Source: Planctomycetota bacterium
GTDB taxonomy: Bacteria > Planctomycetota > UBA1135 > UBA2386
NCBI GenBank assembly: GCA_051278165.1
Contig: JBNMNW010000001.1
Location: 42,235-106,234 of the forward strand
Length of the DNA: 64,000 nucleotides
Direction of reading: 5' to 3'
Shown here: positions 16,765 through 26,391 of the stretch, piece by piece
Numbering within the stretch: position 1 is the stretch's first letter
Layout: the number at the start of each line of letters is the position of its first letter
Notes under the pieces: model-generated
What the model was told of the DNA's origin: nothing
The model's database searches: none
The model's input: the letters and a program-made list of their open reading frames with translations, nothing else
Made by a program: the position numbers and the translations under genes

Positions 16765-17856
16765 ATGAAAGAAATCGTCATCCTCGGCGCCGGCAAGATC
16801 GGTCGCATGGTCTGCCACTTCATGTCCCATGCGCGGACAGAATCGGCCCCTTCTTACTCCGTTCGCATTGGTGACGCAGCGCTTGGCGCCATCGACCACA
16901 TCAAGACGGAGTATCCGGATGTCTCGGGCCAGGTTGTCGACTTCAGCGATGCCGCCAGTGTCGAGGCGATCCTCAAGGGTGCCTGGGCCGTCATCAGCTG
17001 CGCGCCGTTCCACTGCAACCCGGTGATCGCCGAGCGCTCCAAGGCGCTGGGCGTGCACTACTTTGACCTGACCGAAGACGTCGAAGTCACCAACCAGGTC
17101 AAGGAACTCGCCAAGGGTGCCAAGACCTTGTTCGCGCCCCAGTGCGGTCTCGCGCCGGGCTTCATCACGATCACGGCCAACCACCTGATGCAGTCGATGA
17201 GCGAAGTGTCCGACCTGCATCTGCGTGTCGGTGCACTGCCGCGCTACCCGTCCAACCGCCTCAAGTACAACCTGACTTGGAGCACGTCGGGTCTAATCAA
17301 TGAGTACTGCCAGCCGTGCGAATCGGTCGAGAACGGCGAACTGACGAACGTGCCGCCAATGGAGCAGCTCGAGCACATGACGATCGACGGCGTCGAATAC
17401 GAAGCCTTCAACACGTCAGGCGGCCTCGGCACGCTCGCGATCACGCTCAAGGACAAGGTCAAGAACGTCAACTACAAGACGATGCGCTACCCGGGCCACT
17501 GCGAGCTGATGAAGTTCTTGCTGCAGGACCTGCACATGCAAGAAGACCAAGAAGGCCTCGGCCGCATGTTCGAGAAGTCGCTGCCGGCGACCTTCCAAGA
17601 TCAGATCGTGATCTTCGTCAGCGCGACCGGCCAATACAAAGGCCGCCTCGCCGAGCGCACCTACGCCAAAACGATCTACCACCAGGAGATCGACGGCAAG
17701 AACTGGAGCGGCATCCAGATCACCACGGCGGCCGGAATCACGGCGATCGTCGACATGCTGGCCAACGGCGAACTGCCCGATAACGGCTTGTTGAAGATGG
17801 AAGATGTCGACTACGACAAGTTCCTCGCCAACCGCTTCGGCAAGTACTACGCCTAG
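16765..17856 (+). CDS. saccharopine dehydrogenase-family NAD(P)-dependent oxidoreductase
   Basis: The likely start is ATG 16765 (MKEIVILGAGKIGRMV, Rossmann GxGxxG). About 363 aa. The central LAPGF and C-terminal TSGG/RYPGH segments fit the saccharopine/lysine dehydrogenase fold family. Confidence 0.75.
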   Translation: MKEIVILGAGKIGRMVCHFMSHARTESAPSYSVRIGDAALGAIDHIKTEYPDVSGQVVDFSDAASVEAILKGAWAVISCAPFHCNPVIAERSKALGVHYFDLTEDVEVTNQVKELAKGAKTLFAPQCGLAPGFITITANHLMQSMSEVSDLHLRVGALPRYPSNRLKYNLTWSTSGLINEYCQPCESVENGELTNVPPMEQLEHMTIDGVEYEAFNTSGGLGTLAITLKDKVKNVNYKTMRYPGHCELMKFLLQDLHMQEDQEGLGRMFEKSLPATFQDQIVIFVSATGQYKGRLAERTYAKTIYHQEIDGKNWSGIQITTAAGITAIVDMLANGELPDNGLLKMEDVDYDKFLANRFGKYYA

Positions 17857-17957
17857 GCAAATCGGCTAGCAGGGCAGCTACGCAAGGCTGCTAAGCCGGG
17901 CAGCTTGCCCCAAATCAGCTAGCGCCAGCAGACCGGCCGGGCCATCATCCTTGGCCC

Positions 17958-19151
17958 ATGCCGAAGTTCCCTCTGCTGTGTGCGATGATGTTCCTCCAGT
18001 TCTTTGTCTGGGGAAGCTGGTATGTGACTGCCGGAACCTTCGTGCAGCCCATGGGCTGGGACCAAACCACGACCGGCTGGATCTACTCCGCTGGTCCGAT
18101 CGCCGCGATGATCACGCCCCTGTTCTTGGGGCTGATTGCGGACCGCTTCTTCGCTTCCCAGCGAGTCCTAGCGGTCATGCACGCACTCGGCGCCATTGTC
18201 ATGCTGGTGTTCGTGCCGGGCGCCATTGAGACCAAGGACGCGGCCTCGTTCGAATGGTATGTGCTGATCTACATGCTGTGCTACATGCCCACGCTCGGGC
18301 TATCGAACACCATCGCGTTCACGCACATCAAGAACCCCGAGCGGCAGTTCCCGATTGCGCGCGTGTTTGGCACCCTAGGTTGGATCGCCGCCGTGACGCT
18401 GGTCAGCAAGGGACTGCAGGCAGACACCCTGCCAATCATGTTCCAAGTGGCCGGCTACAGCTCGATCGCGATGGCGATACTGAGTTGGGTTCTGCCGCAC
18501 ACGCCGCCGCCGTTGGCTGGCAAGAAGGTCAGCATCGCAGAAACGTTGGGACTCGGCGCGCTCGTACTGTTGAAGCGCCCGGCGTTCGCAGTCTTCATGC
18601 TGTGCTCGTTCCTAATCTGCATCCCGCTCGCCGGCTACTACAGCTACGGCAACCAGTTCGCCGCGACGGTCTGGCCTGAAGCCGGCTTCTACATGGCGTT
18701 TGGCCAATGGGCCGAAGTTGGCTTCATGCTGATCATGCCGCTCTGCTTCCGACGCCTCGGGGTCAAGAAGATGCTGGCGATCGGCATGCTGGCCTGGGTC
18801 GTTCGCTACGGCCTTTGGAGCTTCGGGGCACCGGACTCGATCGCCTGGATGGTGCTCGGCGGAATCCTGCTGCACGGCATCTGCTACGACTTCTTCTTCG
18901 TCACTGGCCAGATCTACGTCGACCAACAGGCGCGCCCCGAGATTCGCGGCCAGGCGCAGAGCTTCCTGGTCATCATGACACAAGGCGTTGGCATGTTCCT
19001 CGGCGCCCAGATCGTGACCGGCATCGTCGAAACCAACACCACCGACGAGGTCCCGGACTGGAGCCAGATCTGGTTTTGGCCAGGTGTCGCAGCGGCAGCC
19101 ATTCTGGTGCTGTTCCTGGTTGCCTTCCGCGAGTCCCGCAAGGCCGCGTAA
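17958..19151 (+). CDS. nucleoside:H+ symporter-family MFS transporter (NupG/XapB-like)
   Basis: MMFLQFFVWGSWYVTAGTF, GLIADRF, YMPTLGLSNTIAF and FPIARVFGTLGWI align well from memory with E. coli NupG (LSFLQFCLWGSWLTTLGSY, GIVADKW, YMPTLGLINTISY, FPPIRIWGTIGFI). Confidence 0.85.
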   Translation: MPKFPLLCAMMFLQFFVWGSWYVTAGTFVQPMGWDQTTTGWIYSAGPIAAMITPLFLGLIADRFFASQRVLAVMHALGAIVMLVFVPGAIETKDAASFEWYVLIYMLCYMPTLGLSNTIAFTHIKNPERQFPIARVFGTLGWIAAVTLVSKGLQADTLPIMFQVAGYSSIAMAILSWVLPHTPPPLAGKKVSIAETLGLGALVLLKRPAFAVFMLCSFLICIPLAGYYSYGNQFAATVWPEAGFYMAFGQWAEVGFMLIMPLCFRRLGVKKMLAIGMLAWVVRYGLWSFGAPDSIAWMVLGGILLHGICYDFFFVTGQIYVDQQARPEIRGQAQSFLVIMTQGVGMFLGAQIVTGIVETNTTDEVPDWSQIWFWPGVAAAAILVLFLVAFRESRKAA

Positions 19152-19237
19152 TCGCGCCGGCCGAAGCGCCAGCCGCAGAGATCCAGCCGTGAGGAGCCAA
19201 CCGAACTCGCCGGCGAACCTAGGTACCGCGCCCGCTG

Positions 19238-20224
19238 CTACTGGATCGTGAACTGCAGGCCGTTGCTGAACACCAACGGCAACGGTGTGCCGAGCGCCAG
19301 GTCAATCATCGCGAACTGGGATCCGATGACCATGCCGCTCAGCGCTGGGTTGCCCGGGATGCCAAGCGGGAACACGCAGTGCCCGGAGAAGCCAGGGCTG
19401 CCCGGAAACTGACTCGCACTCTCGTTACCTGTGCCAGTAGAGACGAGCGCCGTCGCCAAACTGTCCGTGTGCAGCGAGCAGCCCGGCGCGCCTGGCACCG
19501 GCAGGCTGCCCCACGCCGGGTTCGTGCCCAAGATCATCAAGCCCAAAGAACCAGGCAAGAACCCTGAGGCTTCGAGCTGGAAGTCGAGGTTGCCAACCGT
19601 GGGCTCGTAGTTCGTCATCATGCCCGGCAGCGTGCCGGCCGACGTGGCGCAACCAAACCCGACCGGCGTCACGGCCGCGCCATCGAGCAAGTTGCAGTAG
19701 CCGCGCCACTTCGGCGCTGACGACGTCGCCTGGGTCAACCAACTGCTGCCCGAACGCCTCACGTAGGTTGCGGTGATGCCACCCGGCTCGACCGGCAACT
19801 CACTGAAGCCCGGCTCAATCCACACGAACCAGTAGCTCTGGCCGGCGTTCAACGTGACCGGTGCATCGAAGTTGGCGCCGTGCCAGCCAAGGCCAAGTGA
19901 CGGATCCGCTTCGAACGTGCCGCCACCAAGGCGTTGACCCGGCGTGAAGATAAAGTTCGTGTCCCAGATCTCTAGCGACATGAAGCCGCGGTTCGTCAGG
20001 AACAGGTTCTCGGTGAAGATCTCTGCCGAGAACAGCACCATCGTCTGGTTAGGCGTGAACTGCCAGCCGTGGCCGTTGGGGCCGACGAATGACGTTGGAG
20101 TGATCGTGCCACCCGTGTTGACGGTGGTCGAATCGTTGGCCGAAATGCATGGCGGCGTTTGGGCCGCGAGAGTCATGCCGAGAAGGGCGGTTGCGAAAGT
20201 GCCGCGGATACTGCCAGTCGTCAT
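19238..20224 (-). CDS. secreted protein of unknown function sharing a C-terminal module with the 4395-6806 protease
   Basis: The tracked ORF extends into the upstream gene. The likely start is ATG 20224-20222 (MTTGSIRGTFATALLGMTLAAQ signal peptide). The C-terminal 122 aa (19241-19606) carry GAPGCSLHT...GIPGNPALSG...FSNGLQF, which matches the protease tail. Confidence 0.7.
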   Translation of the reverse strand: MTTGSIRGTFATALLGMTLAAQTPPCISANDSTTVNTGGTITPTSFVGPNGHGWQFTPNQTMVLFSAEIFTENLFLTNRGFMSLEIWDTNFIFTPGQRLGGGTFEADPSLGLGWHGANFDAPVTLNAGQSYWFVWIEPGFSELPVEPGGITATYVRRSGSSWLTQATSSAPKWRGYCNLLDGAAVTPVGFGCATSAGTLPGMMTNYEPTVGNLDFQLEASGFLPGSLGLMILGTNPAWGSLPVPGAPGCSLHTDSLATALVSTGTGNESASQFPGSPGFSGHCVFPLGIPGNPALSGMVIGSQFAMIDLALGTPLPLVFSNGLQFTIQ

Positions 20225-20291
20225 CAGATCTCCTGTTTGAGAGTTGTGGTGCGTGAGAGCCACGAGCAAACAGTGTCCCTGAAAGCGGCGA

Positions 20292-21503
20292 CTAGGGCGA
20301 CGCAACCACGTGCCGTCTTGGTAACCAGACCACCATGACTGCGGACAGCAATGCGCAGACGATACCGAACCACAAAGCAGGTGCAAATGAGCCGGTCTCG
20401 CGGAACACTTCGCCCATCTGCCCTTTGACCGGCAACACAAAGCCGCGCGCCAGCGCGTAGCACAAAGCGGCTGCCGTAGCGCGCAATGCGGCCGGATAGT
20501 ACTGGCCGAACAAGGCGCCGAAACACGACCAGGTGCCTGCGCCGAGCCCCATTACGGCAATGGCGATCGTGAACGACGCGAAGTTATCCTGCAGTGAATC
20601 CAGTTGCCCAAGCACCAAGGTTTGCCCGACTGCGAACACCAGACAGAACGCGACGAAGACCTTGATGCGCCCGAGTCGCGCCGCCAGGAATCCGAACAAG
20701 ACGTCGGCGACCACGTGCACGGCGTTCACTTGAATTTGGAACCAACCAACGTCTGCCGTCGACACTTGGTGCATCTGCATCAGGGCACTAGGCAATTCCG
20801 CATAGACACACCAAAAGCCAACCATGTGCAGCGACAAGATGGTCAACAGCACCAAGGTCGTGCGGCGATAGGCGGGTGCCAGCAGTGCGCGAACGGGCAT
20901 GGCCGGTTCTCTTTGCACCGCGCGATCTGGTCCGGGCATCGCCCAACGGCCAGCAAGCGCCAACACACCCAAGGCACTCGAGCCATAAAACACGGCGCGC
21001 CAACCAACATCAGGGAGCGGCGCGAGGAAGCATGCAACTGCCGCAGCCAGCGCCATCGCCACCGGACTGCCGGCCTGCAAGATGCCGTGCACCTTGTCGC
21101 GCTGCTTGCCGGACCAGTAGTCGGCAACCACCGCATGTCCGATCCCCCATTCGCCACCAACCCCTAGGCCAGTGATGAATCGTGCGACGAACAACGACCA
21201 GTAGCTATCCGCCATGCCGGTCAACGCGGCACCGATCGAGAACACCACAATGCTCCAGATCATCGCCGAACGACGACCGATCAAATCGGCGACGCGACCA
21301 AACACGAAGCCACCGATGGCCGTCGCCAACAGGGACCAACCTTCGATCCACGACAGGTCTGGCCACAGTTCGAGGCCGAGGTCGGCAGCAATACTGCGCT
21401 TCGTGAAGCTGAACAGAATCAGGTCATAAAAGTCGAAGACCCAACCGAGCCAACAGAACACCAGGACACGACCGCGGCCGTTGCTAAGCAAACCACCAGC
21501 CAT
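20292..21503 (-). CDS. MFS transporter
   Basis: 403 aa with 12 predicted hydrophobic segments. N-terminal LGWVFDFYDLILFSF and the loop GRVADLIGRR are MFS signatures. The start overlaps the upstream stop by 1 nt (TGATG at 21501-21505). Confidence 0.8.
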   Translation of the reverse strand: MAGGLLSNGRGRVLVFCWLGWVFDFYDLILFSFTKRSIAADLGLELWPDLSWIEGWSLLATAIGGFVFGRVADLIGRRSAMIWSIVVFSIGAALTGMADSYWSLFVARFITGLGVGGEWGIGHAVVADYWSGKQRDKVHGILQAGSPVAMALAAAVACFLAPLPDVGWRAVFYGSSALGVLALAGRWAMPGPDRAVQREPAMPVRALLAPAYRRTTLVLLTILSLHMVGFWCVYAELPSALMQMHQVSTADVGWFQIQVNAVHVVADVLFGFLAARLGRIKVFVAFCLVFAVGQTLVLGQLDSLQDNFASFTIAIAVMGLGAGTWSCFGALFGQYYPAALRATAAALCYALARGFVLPVKGQMGEVFRETGSFAPALWFGIVCALLSAVMVVWLPRRHVVASP

Positions 21504-21901
21504 CAGGTAACCAGGGCCCGATCGCGCCAGCTAGAGACATTGCCGCGACCGCGAGAGATATCGTCGCGCCAGCGAGAGATATCGTCGCGCCAGCTAGAGA
21601 CATCGTCGCGCATCTTCATCGCTGCCTTCACAAAGCCACGCTTCGTTTCATGCCGGTCGGCACCAACGTCGACGGTTAGCGCCGATTTGGGCAAGCAGCC
21701 AAACTTCGCAATCTGCGCCGCCGCCAGCGTCAGTTTCTCTGGCTGAACCGTCGCTGGGTGAAATCTCAGCGCGACGTGCTTGTCTTGGCGCACAATCGGC
21801 TTAACCACCGGCTGTCGAGGTGCCGGTTTCTGGGCCACCGCACCTGCCGTGAGGGCAAGCGACGAGGCAAATGCCAGTCGAAATGAGCCATGGCTTGCCA
21901 T
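21503..21901 (-). CDS. small secreted protein with C-terminal WRDD(I/V)S heptad repeats
   Basis: The likely start is ATG 21901-21899 (MASHGSFRLAFASSLALTAGAVAQ signal). The C-terminus RDDVSSWRDDISRWRDDISRGRGNVSSWRD is encoded by 4 x 21-bp tandem repeats at 21523-21606. No family recognised. Confidence 0.5.
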   Translation of the reverse strand: MASHGSFRLAFASSLALTAGAVAQKPAPRQPVVKPIVRQDKHVALRFHPATVQPEKLTLAAAQIAKFGCLPKSALTVDVGADRHETKRGFVKAAMKMRDDVSSWRDDISRWRDDISRGRGNVSSWRDRALVT

Positions 21902-21979
21902 TGCCTGGCAGCATAGGCCCGAACCTTCCCATCGCCTACAGCGACGATTGCGGCCCAGTCTGCTATCGTCTTCGCCCCC

Positions 21980-23191
21980 ATGTTCGTGCCCCAGCGCCAC
22001 AAAACGATCTCAGTCCCGGTCGGTCCCGTCCAGGTTGGCAGTTGCCACCAGGTCGTCGTGCAATCGATGACCAACACCGACACCGCCAATGCCGAGAGCA
22101 CCGCGACGCAAGTCGCCGAGCTCTACAATGCCGGCAGCGAATTGGTGCGCATCACCGTCAACACGCAGGAGGCGGCGGCGGCCGTCCCCGAGATCCAACG
22201 TCGCCTGCACGACCTCGGCCTCGACGTGCCGATGATCGGGGACTTCCACTACAACGGGCACGTCCTGCTGAAGAAGTATCCGGAGTGCGCCCAGATCCTC
22301 GCCAAGTACCGGATCAACCCGGGCAACGTCGGCAAGGGCGCCAACCACGACAAGAACTTCGCGACGATGGTGCAGTGCGCCGTCGATCACAACAAGCCAG
22401 TGCGCATCGGCGTCAACGCTGGCTCGCTCGATCAGGATTTGCTCAATGACCTGATGGAGACCAACGCGAAGTCTTCGATCCCGCAAGATGCGCAGACGGT
22501 CTTCCTCGAGGCAATGGTGCAGAGCGCAGTTCGTTCCGCGCATGCCGCCGAAGAACTGGGACTGAAGCGCGAGCAGATCATCCTCAGCTGCAAGATCAGC
22601 AAGGTGCAAGAACTGGTGCGCGTCTACCGGGCGCTCGCCGATCGCACCGACCACGCGCTGCACCTCGGCCTGACCGAAGCGGGCATGGGCAGCAAGGGCA
22701 TTGTCAGCTCGACAGCCGGACTTGCGATCCTGCTGCAAGAAGGCATCGGCGACACCATCCGCGTGTCGTTGACCCCCGAGCCGGGCGGCGCGCGCACGCA
22801 AGAGGTGCGCATCGCGCAGCAGATCCTACAGTCGATGGACATCCGTCCGTTCTTACCGCAGGTCACCGCATGTCCTGGCTGTGGCCGCACGACCTCGAGT
22901 TACTTCCAAGTGCTCAGCCAAGAAGTCGAGCAGTTCTTGGTCGCGCGCATGCCGGTGTGGAAGAAGGAAAAGCCGCAAGCGGCCAACCTGCAAGTTGCGG
23001 TGATGGGCTGTGTCGTCAATGGCCCCGGTGAGAGCAAGGCCGCCAACATTGGCATCTCGCTACCCGGCACCGGCGAAGCCCCGCGGGCGCCGCTCTACGT
23101 CGACGGCGAGCAAGTAGGCACACTCGAAGGGCCGACGCTGACGCAGGACTTCCTCGATCGCATCGAAGAATACGTCGCGCACATGGAGTAG
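21980..23191 (+). CDS. ispG: 4-hydroxy-3-methylbut-2-en-1-yl diphosphate synthase (flavodoxin), MEP pathway
   Basis: [59 protein letters not shown] and [10 protein letters not shown] all match IspG/GcpE. Confidence 0.95.
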   Translation: MFVPQRHKTISVPVGPVQVGSCHQVVVQSMTNTDTANAESTATQVAELYNAGSELVRITVNTQEAAAAVPEIQRRLHDLGLDVPMIGDFHYNGHVLLKKYPECAQILAKYRINPGNVGKGANHDKNFATMVQCAVDHNKPVRIGVNAGSLDQDLLNDLMETNAKSSIPQDAQTVFLEAMVQSAVRSAHAAEELGLKREQIILSCKISKVQELVRVYRALADRTDHALHLGLTEAGMGSKGIVSSTAGLAILLQEGIGDTIRVSLTPEPGGARTQEVRIAQQILQSMDIRPFLPQVTACPGCGRTTSSYFQVLSQEVEQFLVARMPVWKKEKPQAANLQVAVMGCVVNGPGESKAANIGISLPGTGEAPRAPLYVDGEQVGTLEGPTLTQDFLDRIEEYVAHME

Positions 23192-23199
23192 TTCGCGTT

Positions 23200-23559
23200 G
23201 TGCCGTACGATCCTCTGAAGCACGGGCCGAAACGCATCGTTGGGCCAGGCTTCCATGAGCAAGTGCACGAACTCGTGCGCACCGTGCCGGAAGGATCGGT
23301 CACGACCTATGGCGACATTGGCGCCGCGCTCGGCAGCAAGAACGTTGCGCGCCACGTCGGCTATGCGATGGCCGCGCTGCCCGAAGGTCATGAAGTGCCG
23401 TGGTGGCGGGTTGTGGCTGCTGGCGGCCGGCTATCGCAGTTGCCAGGCGCAGCCGAACGACAGGCAGCACACCTGATGGACGAAGGCATCGAAGTGCGCA
23501 ATTTGCGCGTGCGCCACTTTACCGAGCGGCGCCATGTGCTTGCAGCCCGTGCTGATTAG
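23200..23559 (+). CDS. MGMT-family DNA-binding protein lacking the acceptor cysteine (alkyltransferase-like, ATL)
   Basis: 119 aa. VPEGSVTTYGDIGAALG...ARHVGYAM...EVPWWRVVAAGGRLS. The canonical PCHRV active-site motif reads PWWRV here. Confidence 0.75.
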   Translation: MPYDPLKHGPKRIVGPGFHEQVHELVRTVPEGSVTTYGDIGAALGSKNVARHVGYAMAALPEGHEVPWWRVVAAGGRLSQLPGAAERQAAHLMDEGIEVRNLRVRHFTERRHVLAARAD

Positions 23560-23577
23560 CACGGTAAACGGCGGAAC

Positions 23578-24066
23578 CTAACCGTCGGCCTTGTCAGTGA
23601 TGTAGGCGTCGCTCGGCCACCGCAACAAGCCGAACAGAAGACTGGTCTCTTCGCTGTAGCGCCAGCCGGATGGCACGCGCACGTCATCCCGCTCGTAGCG
23701 GTAGAGCCCCCAAAGGTAGGACTGCTGGACATTGCGCTCGTAGAGCTCTTGCTGCTCGTCGTAGTGGAACGAGTCCGCGTCGACAAACATGAACAGCGGG
23801 CCGTAGGCGTCATACTCGGCATAGCCAGTGCCCTTGGGCCACGGTGGATTGCTGACATTGTACAGCTCCATGTTCATCGCCAGCAGCGGCAGCCAAGAGA
23901 CGTCGCCGAGGCCACCGTTGTTGTTCTTCGCCAACTGCCCCAGACGCGCCTCCTCAAGCATTTTCACGTCGGGCGTTCCATCGCGATCAGCAAACCTGTG
24001 ACTGCGCACGACGCAAGAGGTCAACGGGAGCAGGAGAACGGCGACGGCGAGTGATGCGTGCTTCAT
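23578..24066 (-). CDS. lipoprotein of unknown function
   Basis: The likely start is ATG 24066-24064 (MKHASLAVAVLLLPLTSC lipobox). 162 aa, rich in Tyr/Trp/acidic residues. No family recognised. Confidence 0.55.
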   Translation of the reverse strand: MKHASLAVAVLLLPLTSCVVRSHRFADRDGTPDVKMLEEARLGQLAKNNNGGLGDVSWLPLLAMNMELYNVSNPPWPKGTGYAEYDAYGPLFMFVDADSFHYDEQQELYERNVQQSYLWGLYRYERDDVRVPSGWRYSEETSLLFGLLRWPSDAYITDKADG

Positions 24067-24381
24067 GGATCTGTGGAATCCGAGTGACAGGAATCTCGAC
24101 AACCGAGAGCAGGGTCCCCAACGCACCATTGCGAAGCGTTCCTCGGCACAAAATCTACCCGACACCCCGAATTCTCAGCCCGCACGAAATTGCGACGAAT
24201 GCGATTCCTTGTTGCTAGGGACGCGGCTTAACGGGCGATGCGATCGCAGCGACGTCACCGCACCCGCTGGCACTGCCGATAGTGGCGCTGGTAGCTCCAG
24301 TGCACGGACCAACACGCACTGGCGTGATGCACCGCTAGCCGCGCATTCGCCAGCACGGCCGCACCTCGCCCACCCATCCGC

Positions 24382-26031
24382 GTGCCCGACAGCCAACAAC
24401 CCGAGGCAGCAACCCGCGTGCGGCACGCGCTGTGGATAGTCGCGGCAGTGTATGCCGGCATCGGCCTCGTGATGATGCTAGTCGCCTCGCCGAAGGTGCC
24501 CTACGCCGATCCGTGGCGGTTCCTGGCGACCTTCCTGGAGCAACCGTTCCCGGACAACATCCTCATCGCCGACAACGGTCACCGCGAGATTCTGCCGAGC
24601 TTGGTTCGCCTCGCGGAGCTGCACTGGTTCGGGGCCAATCAGTGGCTGCAGATCCTGGTTGGTATGGCGCTCGCGGTGGTCACGGTGCGAATGCTTTGGC
24701 GAGCGCTGTATTGCGATAGCCCTACCGTCCGCGCGAGCTCTGCATGCATCCTTGCGGTCGGCTTGTTTTGGCTGGGCAACGCCCGCAAGTTGTCACACGG
24801 CAACGAGTCGGTGCACTTATTCATAGTCCTGTTGTGCCTGGTCCAAGGCCTGCGCTGCCTGATCGGGGAGCATCCGCGTCGCGGCTTCCACGCGGGCTTT
24901 GCGGCGCTACTCGCCAGCGTCACGTTCGGCAGCGGAGCTGCGTGCTTTGGCGCATTCCTAGTGATCATGTGGCTGCGACGTGAACCACTGCGCCACTACG
25001 TGCCGATGCTGCTGCTCGCCATGGTCGGAGCTGCCGCGCTGATGACCGACAACGACGGCGCACTACTCAGCCAAGACCTCAAACTGTGGGCCCACGTCGA
25101 CCAGTTGCTGCGATTTCTCGGCGCACCGTTCGTCTGGGCCTGGTCGCCGCTGCTCGATGTGGCACACGCGGATCGACTACCGTTCGCGCCGCTGCGCGCC
25201 GTGCTTCACCCAATCGCGGCGACAGCCCAAGGATCGTTTGGACCGGCGATGACGGCGCGCTGGCCGGCGACCTTGTTTGGCGCCATTGCCGTGCTCTGGC
25301 TTACTGCTCAGAGTCTCGCCGCGCGGCGTTACCAAGAGCCACAGCCAAGACGCCTGTTCGCGCTCGGCATCGCGTGGTTCGGTTTCGGCGTTGGCTTGCT
25401 GGTCGTGATTGCGCGATGCCGGTTCTTCTTGGCCAACGAAGACCAGATCGTCGCGCAACGCTACTTGCCATGGTCGATGCTGCTGTGGATGGGCCTCTTG
25501 TTGACGTTTGTGCAGCGCTCCGTTCGCAGTGCTCGCTGCAAGGTGCTGGCCGTGCTATTTGCCGCCGCCGCCTTCGCTCCCAGCCAGGTTTGGACTGGCC
25601 GCTACGCGTTCCGCCGCCAGATGACCGCCAACCAAACGGCGATTGCTGCCGCCGTCGAAGTCGTCGACCGAGACTTTGATCTCGTCGAAACGAGCAAACC
25701 GGACCTGCTGCGAGCGCAACCGCTGCTGCGCGACGCCGGCAAGACCGTCTGGAGTTGGCCAACGGTGCAGCTGCTCGGCATGCCAATACCCGCCGGCGCG
25801 CGGATGCTCACGGCCGACCACATCGAGGTGCTACCGGTAGACAACTTATTCGCGCGTAGCGGTTGCTCGGCACAATTCGTCGCCGACTCGGACCAAGACC
25901 TGCTGCTGCTAGTCGATCCGGCGGGCGTCGTGCAGGGGCTCGCCATGCCAGCGTCGCAGGCAAGGCAATGGATCGGGTGGTTTAGGGGCACGCAAACCGC
26001 GAGTGAACTGAGGATCTTCGCACTGAACTAG
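24382..26031 (+). CDS. polytopic membrane protein of unknown function (possibly GT-C-like)
   Basis: 549-aa ORF with many hydrophobic segments and good third-position GC bias, plus a soluble ~150-aa C-terminal part. The GT-C idea rests on architecture only. Start uncertain. Confidence 0.6.
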   Translation: MPDSQQPEAATRVRHALWIVAAVYAGIGLVMMLVASPKVPYADPWRFLATFLEQPFPDNILIADNGHREILPSLVRLAELHWFGANQWLQILVGMALAVVTVRMLWRALYCDSPTVRASSACILAVGLFWLGNARKLSHGNESVHLFIVLLCLVQGLRCLIGEHPRRGFHAGFAALLASVTFGSGAACFGAFLVIMWLRREPLRHYVPMLLLAMVGAAALMTDNDGALLSQDLKLWAHVDQLLRFLGAPFVWAWSPLLDVAHADRLPFAPLRAVLHPIAATAQGSFGPAMTARWPATLFGAIAVLWLTAQSLAARRYQEPQPRRLFALGIAWFGFGVGLLVVIARCRFFLANEDQIVAQRYLPWSMLLWMGLLLTFVQRSVRSARCKVLAVLFAAAAFAPSQVWTGRYAFRRQMTANQTAIAAAVEVVDRDFDLVETSKPDLLRAQPLLRDAGKTVWSWPTVQLLGMPIPAGARMLTADHIEVLPVDNLFARSGCSAQFVADSDQDLLLLVDPAGVVQGLAMPASQARQWIGWFRGTQTASELRIFALN

Positions 26032-26391
26032 CGGTGTAAAGCAGGTAGATCGGGCCGATTCAGGCGGCCCGAAAGAACCAGCTGCGCCTGGAGCTGAGCC
26101 TTGCAGGTCTCGCCCAAGCCCGATTTCTCGGCCTCAAGGCTTCGCTCAACAGTGCTCGGCGCGACCTGGACTACGCCCTGACCGTTGCCCAGCGCCACGT
26201 AGGTACCGCCACTTGGTTGCGCCACGGGTTGCCGCCACGGGGTAGCAGGCTCAGCTCGAACGTCCCAAAGGAATGATTTCCACCCCGGAACCCACGCGGA
26301 CCTGGGCCCCGCCTGTGGCATCGCCGCCCGCGGTGTTCTAACTTGACCGCCCGGCGGAGCTCTCCCAGCGTCCCCCGAACGAAGCACAGCT

